From NCBI GenBank assembly GCA_000091205.1, contig AP006492.2: DNA of 64,000 nucleotides. One strand, written 5' to 3'. Numbering within the stretch: the stretch's first letter is position 1; each line of letters opens with the position of its first letter. Positions 9,352-18,651 of the stretch are shown piece by piece. Origin of the DNA: Cyanidioschyzon merolae (lineage: Eukaryota). The notes below the pieces were generated by a model, which saw nothing but the letters and a program-made list of their open reading frames with translations, ran no database searches and was not told where the DNA came from. The position numbers and the translations under genes are program-made.

Positions 9352-12157
9352 ATAGTCATTCTGGGAGCCTGCAAGTTCCGCACCCAGACGTACTGTCTGC
9401 TGCAGCGCGAAGCGAAATACCAGGAGTCTACTGCTACCAGGGCGACGCCCAAACACAGCCTAACTGCCCCTAATCCCAGAATGATTTGCGTTTCGGACGA
9501 GCTGCTCAGACCTCACTACAGCACCAGCTACTGGGTAGCGTACGGAGCGCCTGACCCGCGGACTCGTCCGGCTCGCAGGACCTTCCGCCGAAAAAGTAAA
9601 CGTTCCGCAGTATGGAAAACTTTTCCTCCTTTTATCGTTCATCGTAGAGAGGGAATGAAATATATATTTGCTGGTAAATCGAGAGTCTCTGTACAATTTT
9701 TTCATATAGCGCGTTCCATACGCGCACCCGGGAGATCAGGCCGTCACATGACACGACGGGCATGACGCCGCTGAAGAGAAACGTAATATGGACTTGTTGA
9801 CCTGTTCCTCGAACGTATGCGTTGTAACGGTGTTGAAGTCAGAGCAAAATACAGTGTTTGATCTCAATACTATTTCAACCCTCAATTGGTTGTTCCCAAA
9901 AGCTTTTTCGCGGTTTACAGCACAAGCGTTCAAAGTGCGTTCGTTTTCGAGAATAAAAAAGGAAAGTTATGGACAAGAGAGTCGAGGCCTGCGGAGGCCA
10001 CGTGTCACCAGGTTCGACAAAACACTGGAAAACAGTGCGGGGCCCAGAGCGACAGGAGAAGGGGAAAGAGCAAAACTGGGAGCTCGCACATCAACTGCAA
10101 CTCGAAAGACGATACAATGACGAGAACGTAGAGAGAGCCTGTCTTCCAGGCCATCTCAGGGCTCCTTACAGAGAAAAGATGCAGGAGGGCATCAGAAACC
10201 GCGTCCTATCGTAATCCAGGAGTATTTGAAAAGCTTCTCTTTGATTGATGCATTTGGTGAGGGACCTTTACCATGACGTTACGGACATCAAAACAGTCGA
10301 GGTTCCGGAGGAGTTTTTCAGTGTGACCTTCATCCGCCAACTGATGCTTGGCCCAGAGCGAACCTCGACGATAGACGATCGAGTGCGAGCCCTACACCAA
10401 ACATATGCCTTCTACCGCTTCAACGGTTCTCGATACAAGGGTGACTTGGGCATTGACACCTACAGGGCGATGAAGTATCTCGAAGACTTGAAGAGCCACC
10501 TGATCGAAAACCTCGAAAGCTTCATGAACTGCTCCGTCTTCGCGCTCTACGATGGCCTCTCTGTCCGCGGGAGATGGGCGATCATCAATGGCATCACGAA
10601 CGATCACCAGGATGAAGCGGAGATAGAATGCTTCGGTGCGAAAACATCGTACAGGTGTACGTATGAGAATTCTGTGATCTGTGCAGCCATTCAGGAGCAC
10701 CTTGCGGTACCGGGGCTTGTCAACCCTGCAGAAAAGGTATCAGAGATGAAAAGAGATACGAAAAGATTCATCCCCTCATTCTGCGCTATTTCGTGTACCT
10801 GAACCGAGAGCTCGAACGCAAGGCGGAGATGCAGCTGGGTGAAAAACGAAATGGAGCGCCGGAAAAACGGAAGGCTGCGCTTCTGAAGAAGCGCTTTCAC
10901 GTCGTTCCGATACGCAACACCATGTTGCACTTCGTGACCATCGACTCCAGCGTCCTTTACGGCATGATGCAGGAGATCAGTCCGAAGTTCGACGTCAGCT
11001 CGGAGGAGTTCACGGGGATAGACTGGGAGACTCATTGGAAAAATGTCTTCGATTTCAAAGGTATCAGGAAGAGCAACACAGAAGCATTCGCAGGCAAGAT
11101 CGAAACCGATGGGGTATGCATATGTGTACACTCCAGGCGCTTGAGCAGGCATCGTCATATCCTGTCATCGTTTTCGCCCTGGACGAAGCATCAAAAGAGA
11201 GAGGCGATCCATATGCTGTACGAGCCGCAGAAGAGCGACTTTGTCGTCGGCGTGGACCCTGGAAAGAAGGATATCATGGCCGTCGCTGTGCCATAGTATG
11301 CAAAAGACGGTATCAATGCCAACTTACGCCAAATGGACATGCGTATGTTGAGGTTCTCGACGGCTAGATTCAACAGAGAGTCGGGGATGATAGGTGCCTT
11401 GAGGCAAACCGAGGCTTGGAACTCAAGATTGAAGGAGCACCTGGAAGCGGTCAGCAAAGTGACGAGCTGCGGAGCGGACTTTCGGACCTATCTGGAATTC
11501 ATGGAAACGCACGCTGCGCATGATGGGGACCTGTGGAAGGAGTACATAAAGCCCCGATGGGTTCGTCTGCCTATGGACCTGTACGGAGGGGAGCAGCGTG
11601 CATTCGCCAATTTCTTCAATGAGTTCTGCGCCCTCAAAGAAGGCAAGAGTCAAAGGCTCGTAATAGCGTACGGAGCAGGGAGCTCGTTGCCCGAAAACGG
11701 GAGCACACCGGCACCGTCGACACAAGCGTTCATCGAGTGCGCAAAGCGTTTTGTCACTGTCGTAATAGTCGAGTTCCGAACGACCTGCGTGCACCATGAG
11801 CTGGGCTGTACACTCCAGAAGGTCAGGATGGGGACACAGCCGCCGAGCTCTTCGGGGAAAGAAAATCACGGGGAGCGAACAGAGCGGCCGATGCCACAGA
11901 GGGCGCTAGTTCGAGGACGCCTTCTGTTGGACACTACAGTCAGCGCCATGAAACGCAGGGAGTTCGTGAACCGAGACTTCAACGCCGCCATGAACATCAG
12001 GCGATGTGCTCTGCTGAAGACGAGACCCCCGGAGCTTACGCGAGCGAACTTCGAGGGTAGCTTCCCGGGCTCGACGTGTGCTGGGGGAAACTGAATCCGA
12101 CAGCAGTCGACCGGTCAGAAAAGGATGGGAAGCGTCTGCGAGTGGGGAGATATATAT
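9352..12157 (+). mobile_element. TnpB/Fanzor-like element, copy 1 (~2.8 kb). 5' GC-rich leader ~9352-9600, AT-rich spacer, short upstream ORF 9969-10214, then a degenerate RuvC-nuclease ORF and a conserved 3' tail.
   Basis: Homologous along its length to 56374-59150 (copy 2) at nucleotide and protein level. Internal RuvC-I and RuvC-III motifs (see pseudogene feature). Confidence 0.7.
10245..12094 (+). pseudogene. TnpB/Fanzor-like RuvC nuclease. ~616 codons in three ORF pieces (10245-10802, 10793-11296, 11333-12094), with one frameshift near 10795 and one in-frame TAG at 11297 inside conserved sequence.
   Basis: RuvC-I motif 'SDFVVGVDPGKKDIMAVAV'. Cys/His cluster 'EFRTTCVHHELGC' following a 'TS' as in TnpB zinc-finger regions. 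RuvC-III signature 'EFVNRDFNAAMNIRRCA' (D-x-NAA-x-NI). N-terminus 'DIKTVEVPEEFF' shared with copy 2. Confidence 0.65.
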
Positions 12158-13199
12158 TAACCCTCCACTGTTGTGAGACATTTTTCGTTTTTTTTACGGT
12201 ACGGAAAGAATGAGCATAAAACAGACTGGAAGCTGCGCGATTCGGTTTAGCGGCAGGAAGTGCTGCGCAGATGACTCGCCATTGCCCATGCAGTGGCAAT
12301 ATTCTTGCTACCAATGACCATTTTGCGTGTTCAGGTGGTGTCCATCGAGGAAGGACCCCAATATTCCGTTTTGGTGTCGTGCCTTTGGTGGCACCCATCG
12401 CCTCCTTCGCAACATCCTCTTTAAACTCAACATACAAGCCCGGATAACCGGCAGCGTGCACACATCCGGGAAGGCTTGCTAGGTCCATCGTCCATGCACC
12501 AACAAAATTGTGCCTGGAGACACCCTCTGCCAAGAAGTCGCTGCGCAACTCGCGCCAACAATTCTACGCAGGAGTCTGAGCAGTCTCCGAGCAGTCACCA
12601 GCCGTAGCTGCAGCCACGGATTTTCGCGACACACGCTCAAATGCTTTCCTGGCGCCTGGAAGTTTACTCAATCAGCGCAATGCGGTACATGCCTCTGGTA
12701 TTTCGCAGCACGCATTGTCGTCGTGCATGGACGCTGAAACGCTGTCTATCAAAGAATCCTCTACTCGTATTGTGACGCTGAACACAGCCGCGACTTCACC
12801 GAAATGCGTGCCCCAGTGTGTGGACGATGCGTAGCGCCGTACGACATCAACGCTTCTCCAGTGCCTATGCGAGGTTCATACGGAGCTCTGAACTGCGGGC
12901 TCTGTTCCGGACTTGCGCATTTTCCCGGACTTGGTTTCAGAAATGTAGTCTAGACGTTTGAAGTGCAGCAGTAGGGTCTTGGAGATTCATGCGTTGCTTT
13001 AGGATTCTTGGTCGTCTTTTCGATCTGGCGCTTTCGATTCGCTGCCGACGGAGCTCGTAACTTTACGGGAATCAGGATGATTCGCGGCAGCTTCGAACGA
13101 TGGTTCATAAACTAACCGATACCAATATGCAATGCAGACCCACAAGCCTTCAGGGTTCTTGTTTCCTAGCGTGCAGCATGCGCACACCGTGCATACTTC

Positions 13200-13828
13200 A
13201 AGTTTTCGATTTTTCAGGCACTGGGAAAACAGTGAGTGCAGTGATTCGCGCCAGCGGACTGAGGTGGAAAAGTAGTCGACACCGTTTCTTGATGGCATTC
13301 GCACAAGCTCATTCCATAAGCTTACTGAACCTGGTCAAGCCCAGTAATCAGTTCCGCTCGAAAAACAAGTCATCCCCTATTTGGGGCCATCATCCCCAAG
13401 AGAAACCCGTCATCGTAGTGGGCGTTCACGAACGCGGAAACCGGGGTCGTCATCGAGGATGGCCCCAGGTACCCCCCAGACGACGTGTACTGAGCGTTGC
13501 AACAATCGTGTACGCAATGCAAAGTAGCCTTCGGACGAGCGTGTATGCTGGACGTACGGGAAGACCTGTCCAGTGTCAAGTGTGACCGCTGCGAAGCGGA
13601 CACCGACGCTGTATACGAATGAGCTGACTGTAGCGAGCGACGTGTAGGTGGCAACTCGCGCTTGTGCATGAAATGCGTCAACAGCGGCTGCGGGTGGCGA
13701 AACCGACACTTTCTACATTGCCATGAACGTCCATTGATTGCCAACAAGGGAGCTGGAGAGACAGATGAGACCGACATTGTTACAGCCGCGGATACGAGAC
13801 AGGAATGGAAGCAGTCGGAGAAAAAGCC
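13200..13828 (+). repeat. interspersed repeat family B, copy 1 (truncated, ~630 bp)
   Basis: Near-identical to 37693-38300 of copy B3 and, in reverse complement, to part of 27117-28160. Shared spurious ORF text (AVIRASGLRWKSSRHRFLMAFAQAHSISLLNLVKPSNQFRSK). Confidence 0.8.
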
Positions 13829-13948
13829 TGTATAGGCTGCTACTCAGGACAATGGAGTAAATCACACTTTAGGGCGTATGCCCGATGTAGCTCTGTGAAC
13901 CCGTTCCGTTTCGTACTGACACGAGCGTGTCGCGGCCGCCTTTGCTTT

Positions 13949-16291
13949 TCAACACATGACCCGTTCATCTTCATCCGCGCTATCTGATGGTGACTGCTCG
14001 GAGCTCGGAAACTCTGACCGCTCCTCCCCGTGAGGCTGTCTCTTGTCCAGTGAATCCGAAATCCTGAGGTATTCGTCAGACTTGTGTAAAACTTCCGCAC
14101 TGTGGCTCCGCCGCGGAGGCGATCTGCAGGTCATGGACGAGGAGGCCGGCTTCCAATGTAAAGCGCGAATGTCGGGACTCGCTCGTCGGACGTGAAAGGA
14201 CTCGTCGCAGGCGCTTTCCTCACCTGCCTCCGTGTCGGGAATGGTCTCCAGCGTGGCATCAGTTGCGTGTCGCTGACCGTGCCCTAGCGATATGCGGTGT
14301 ACACGGCGTTCACCGCGAGTTTTCGGACTCGCCGGCGGTGACCGATTAGCAGAACCGCCACCGAAGCTGCCAAAATCAGCCCAGAGCCAGCTTGGCACTC
14401 GGGGAAACAAACGGCTGGTGCTGGATGTCTCTGCGGATGATCTGGGCGTAACCACTGCAGTGGCAGCATCCTGGAAACGGCGTCCGATGTACTCAATACA
14501 ATCATCGATAGTGAACTCTATCAAGCAGTTGTGATGGATTTCGTCCAGCTTCGTATAGGCGAGCCGCTGCCCGCGGGCAACCGCGGCCCGAATGTCTTGA
14601 AGCGTGGGATTCCGAAAGAGTTTGCGGAGATCTGCCAGACTGAGATCCCGCAGAACAGTGACGTCGCCTTCGAAAGGCTGCGTCAGAATCGAAATCGTCA
14701 TGCGAAAAATTCGAGGCACAAGCCCAAGGCCCTCCAGCTGGCTGTATCGAAACTTTAACTCCGCTTTGATGGCCTGCATGAGGCGAGCCTTCATCAGCAT
14801 ACTCCCTCTCGGAATGAAATGCGGGTTTGCCTGGCTGACGATAAAATGATTCACGTTAAACATTTCGCCAATGCGCTGTAACGGTATATCTGCGCTGATA
14901 CTTCCATCCGACCACTGGAATCCCTCCGGGTGATACGGAATAATGCTGCCCCTTTCATCTTTCGCGAAAAGCTCCACCGGAGCGAATATCAACGGCAACG
15001 CCGCCGAAGCACAAGCAGCACTCCATACGAGAACGTTTGGCGCCGTCAAGTAGTTCAGTAGCACTGGTGGACCGTACGCCGGCGTCACGGTCATATTGAT
15101 GATACGTTTGGTGCGATTGTACGCTTCCTGGAAAGTAAGATCACCCAGATTCTCACGCATGCACCCTTGAAGACGCCGGATGTCGAAGAGTACGCCTCGT
15201 TTGGCAAATCGCCGCATGGCTCGGTACCAAGACAGCGACGGATCAAATATTTCGAAGCGCAATGGTCGACCAGTCCACGGGTTTCGGAAGCTCTCCAAGC
15301 ACTCGATGAGCTCCTCGTCCGAGAATACACCAGCGAACGCGACGACCAAAGCTCCAGCGCTCGCACCTGAGAGAATTCGTGGCAAAAGCCGAAGCTCCTG
15401 GAGCGCCTTCAGGACGCCAAAATGGCTCAGACCCATGGTGCTTCCACCCGAAAGCAACAGTGCCGACTTGCCGTACGCATGACGAACCTGGTTGAAGAAT
15501 TCCAGTCGTTCCCGCCAGGAAACTGTTGGATCTTCGGTGGTCGCGATATACTCCAACAGCCAACTAACAACGTACACAAAGTCTTCCACTTCACGTTTCG
15601 TTCCAACTCGACATCTCCTGTGAAGCTCCGCCCGGTGAATACCACAAAAATCTCGAGTCAAGCAGCCTCGCAAGTTGAACATGAGTCGCTGGATGTCGCC
15701 CTGTCGATATAGTGCACTTAGTTGGGATAATTGCCGCATGAGACCCTTCCGATCGTACAACTGGAATGCATCGGTAAGCGATGTTTTCCACCTGCTGCGA
15801 CCTTCGAGCCAGTCAAGTTGAGCCGCTGTTTCATAGTATGAGGAGTACGAATCTGCCTGACCAAGGCGTTCCAGTAGACGCTGCCGCTCAAGCCTTGTTT
15901 GCCTCCTGCGCAACGCCGCTTGCGCTGCCGTGCTGGTTGAGGACACGAGACGCGCACCAAGCAGGACACGTAGCAAGATCGCATCTGCTATCCAGATTAC
16001 ACCAGCAGAAAGAGCGACGAAAATATCCCATACGACGCTGGTTACTCGACACAGAAAAGAAACTCGCGGAGGCGGCTCTTCCAGTGTCCGCCACGGCTCT
16101 TTGAAAACGGCGTTCAATGTGTTCTGCAAGCTACTGTGACTTGGTGCTGGCGGCTCAGAGAGCCAACGTTCCAGTGCGAGCCGCCTCCTACCCTCGTAGA
16201 TGCCGATACGTGGCTCAGCAACGAGGTTTCGTGCCTCCGCTCTCGCCTCGGGTGTCGCCTCCGATCGCTGACCTGCACGTTTTGTGGACAT
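13949..16291 (-). CDS. patatin-like phospholipase domain protein, SDP1/TGL4-type triacylglycerol lipase-like (780 aa)
   Basis: Patatin signatures: Gly-rich 'LLSGGSTMGLSHFGVLKAL', nucleophile elbow 'SGASAGAL' (GxSxG), catalytic Asp 'DGSISADIP'. Long N-terminal region as in SDP1/TGL3-5 family lipases. Confidence 0.75.
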   Translation of the reverse strand: MSTKRAGQRSEATPEARAEARNLVAEPRIGIYEGRRRLALERWLSEPPAPSHSSLQNTLNAVFKEPWRTLEEPPPRVSFLCRVTSVVWDIFVALSAGVIWIADAILLRVLLGARLVSSTSTAAQAALRRRQTRLERQRLLERLGQADSYSSYYETAAQLDWLEGRSRWKTSLTDAFQLYDRKGLMRQLSQLSALYRQGDIQRLMFNLRGCLTRDFCGIHRAELHRRCRVGTKREVEDFVYVVSWLLEYIATTEDPTVSWRERLEFFNQVRHAYGKSALLLSGGSTMGLSHFGVLKALQELRLLPRILSGASAGALVVAFAGVFSDEELIECLESFRNPWTGRPLRFEIFDPSLSWYRAMRRFAKRGVLFDIRRLQGCMRENLGDLTFQEAYNRTKRIINMTVTPAYGPPVLLNYLTAPNVLVWSAACASAALPLIFAPVELFAKDERGSIIPYHPEGFQWSDGSISADIPLQRIGEMFNVNHFIVSQANPHFIPRGSMLMKARLMQAIKAELKFRYSQLEGLGLVPRIFRMTISILTQPFEGDVTVLRDLSLADLRKLFRNPTLQDIRAAVARGQRLAYTKLDEIHHNCLIEFTIDDCIEYIGRRFQDAATAVVTPRSSAETSSTSRLFPRVPSWLWADFGSFGGGSANRSPPASPKTRGERRVHRISLGHGQRHATDATLETIPDTEAGEESACDESFHVRRASPDIRALHWKPASSSMTCRSPPRRSHSAEVLHKSDEYLRISDSLDKRQPHGEERSEFPSSEQSPSDSADEDERVMC

Positions 16292-17060
16292 GGCCTCTTA
16301 AGCAGCTACGGTTCGCCTTGTTTTCGCGAGAACTGAGGGTGCCACCTATAGACGCCTTAACGAACAGCAGTGGTCACAACTTTGACACGTCTAGCGTCTC
16401 TCAGTCCCTGAGGTACGGTTCGGCCCCATGCGCTGACAAAGAGCAGTCGGCGACGCCGTCGAGAGCAGCAATGACTTGCTCGCGTCCCACAGCGCACCAG
16501 CTCTTGGAGCAATCTATGGACTCGAGCGAAAACCAGGAACACAAAACCGGTCAGTCGGAACCGCAGTGAAGGCACTTTCGCAGCACTACTACGAAAACAG
16601 GCGGGCCGGAGCCGTGTGAAGCTGCGTTTCCAAGTCGGTAGCAGCCTCCGTGCTATTGCCAATAACCAGTAAAGTCAGCGTAACCCTCTCGTCGTACGAG
16701 AAAGGGAAAATCCTCACAAACGTTCCGTGCTTTCGTCGAGACTCCAAAGCGTGCAGATTTCCAGCAACGACCTAATACGCGACCTGCGGCGTCTCTTTCA
16801 AGCGACTGCGCTGGGCAAGTCGCCTCTACCACCAGAAGGCGTGCTGGAACTTGCGTTCTGAGTCTCTATTGGCGTAGAACATGGGTTTTCTTATTGGTTG
16901 TGGAACTCGTTAGCTAGCTTTCAGAAGGTTCCGAGTAGAACTGCGAGTCGGCAACGGCACCGCACGGGTAACGCTTTCCAGACGCCGGAGCAGCTCAGAG
17001 CGCTGAGGGCACGAAGAGGGTCTACGAACTGTTTATGTAGGTTTCATTATTCGGGCAGGC

Positions 17061-18632
17061 TTGGAAGCGCAGGCTCTGATCACGAGGACCAGCATGAGTG
17101 CACCAGCGCTGTCTCGAGTAACTCCGAGTCAACTGGACGGTGCCTGTAACTGGAGTGCAGGAACAGCGTGTGCAGCACTACTGGCACACGGACGCAGCCA
17201 ACGGAGACCGCTTCCTCAGCACCGTGCTTGGGTGCGCAGAATTCGTGGGGAAAGACGATTTCTGAGCACATTAAAGCGTCCCAGTACCCAAGAGTCCCTC
17301 GAGGCCGTATACTTGGACTACGTGAAGCTCCACGGTCTCCAGAGGGACTTGGAACAGCTCAGGGCTGTCCAGGTTCTGCAAAAAGTTCGCGACGACCTTG
17401 TCGCCTACTCGCAGGTGTCAGTTGCCCAGCAGGGAGCGGCGAGACAGCCTCCAAAAGGAGCGTATCTCTGGTCAACATTGCCTGGAACTGGCAAGACGAT
17501 GCTTATGGAACTCTTCTACAACAATGTACCGCTGTCAAATAAGAAACGGGTCCACTTTAGCGCGTTCATGTTGGAGATCCACGATCGTCTCCATAACTTT
17601 CGAAAGCGTGTGCATAATTGGGATAATGAACCCCGAACTAAGCACCAAAGTAACTATGGTCTTTTCCGAATAGTTTTGAGAGCGCTTCTGGGAAGACCAG
17701 AAGAAGCAGCACGGGCAGAGCAGCACGACCTATCAACGAACCCAATCGATATAGTGGCGGGCGATATGGCAAACGTCTGTCAACTCCTGTGCCTCGATGA
17801 AATGCAGGTCACTGACATTGCGGATGCCATGGTACTGCGTCGCTTCTACGATGTGTTTCGATCACGGGGTGGTACGCTGGTGGCAACTTCGAATCGTGCG
17901 CCAGCAAACCTGTATGAAAACGGCCTTCAGCGGGATCTTTTCATTCCTTTTATTGATGCTGTACAGCGGGATTGCCATGTCGTGAAACTCGATTCCCGAG
18001 TAGACTACCGCCTACAAGCGCTTTTAGAAGAGAGTGCGGACACCTCCCAACTTCCTCTGTTCATCTACCCGCAAACACCCGCAAATCGCGAACGCTTTGA
18101 ACAGCTCCTGGATAAGCTCGCCAAGCGCTCGGAAGGCTCGGTGCGAGGCAGCGTCTCCCCAGTTAGGTATGAAACAGTCGTGGTGCGAACGCTTGGCCGA
18201 GCGCTACGAGTAGAGCGCGCTTTTCCGCGGGCCTCGATCGCACGATTCTATTTCGACGAACTCTGTGATCGACCGCTTGCCGCTGTGGATTACATTGCGC
18301 TTGCGGAACGCTTCCAAACTTTCTTTCTAGAGAATATCCCGAGCCAAATTGAAGATCGCAATATAGCTCGTCGCTTTATTACGCTAGTGGATATCCTTTA
18401 CGATCGCCGTGCACGACTCATCTGTTTGGCAGGGGGTTCACCTGAGCAGATCTTTCATCTTCCAGATGAAAAGAGTGACGAGGCTTTTGCGGCTCAACGG
18501 TGCATCTCTCGCCTCTTAGATATGCAGACTAAGACCTACATCAAAGCAACATCCGATCCTACTGAGCATTTGCGCGAGTCAGAGAAACCACGTGTTGCTA
18601 CGATAGAAGCAACTTCGTCGCTGATCTACTGA
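17061..18632 (+). CDS. AFG1-like ATPase (LACE1 family), probable mitochondrial
   Basis: 'GAYLWSTLPGTGKTMLMELFYNNVP...KKRVHFSAFMLEIHDRLH' matches the AFG1 P-loop region. 'LCLDEMQVTDIADAM' is a Walker B-like motif. N-terminus has presequence-like character. Confidence 0.8.
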   Translation: MEAQALITRTSMSAPALSRVTPSQLDGACNWSAGTACAALLAHGRSQRRPLPQHRAWVRRIRGERRFLSTLKRPSTQESLEAVYLDYVKLHGLQRDLEQLRAVQVLQKVRDDLVAYSQVSVAQQGAARQPPKGAYLWSTLPGTGKTMLMELFYNNVPLSNKKRVHFSAFMLEIHDRLHNFRKRVHNWDNEPRTKHQSNYGLFRIVLRALLGRPEEAARAEQHDLSTNPIDIVAGDMANVCQLLCLDEMQVTDIADAMVLRRFYDVFRSRGGTLVATSNRAPANLYENGLQRDLFIPFIDAVQRDCHVVKLDSRVDYRLQALLEESADTSQLPLFIYPQTPANRERFEQLLDKLAKRSEGSVRGSVSPVRYETVVVRTLGRALRVERAFPRASIARFYFDELCDRPLAAVDYIALAERFQTFFLENIPSQIEDRNIARRFITLVDILYDRRARLICLAGGSPEQIFHLPDEKSDEAFAAQRCISRLLDMQTKTYIKATSDPTEHLRESEKPRVATIEATSSLIY

Positions 18633-18651
18633 GGTGCCCTGGTTGTATACT

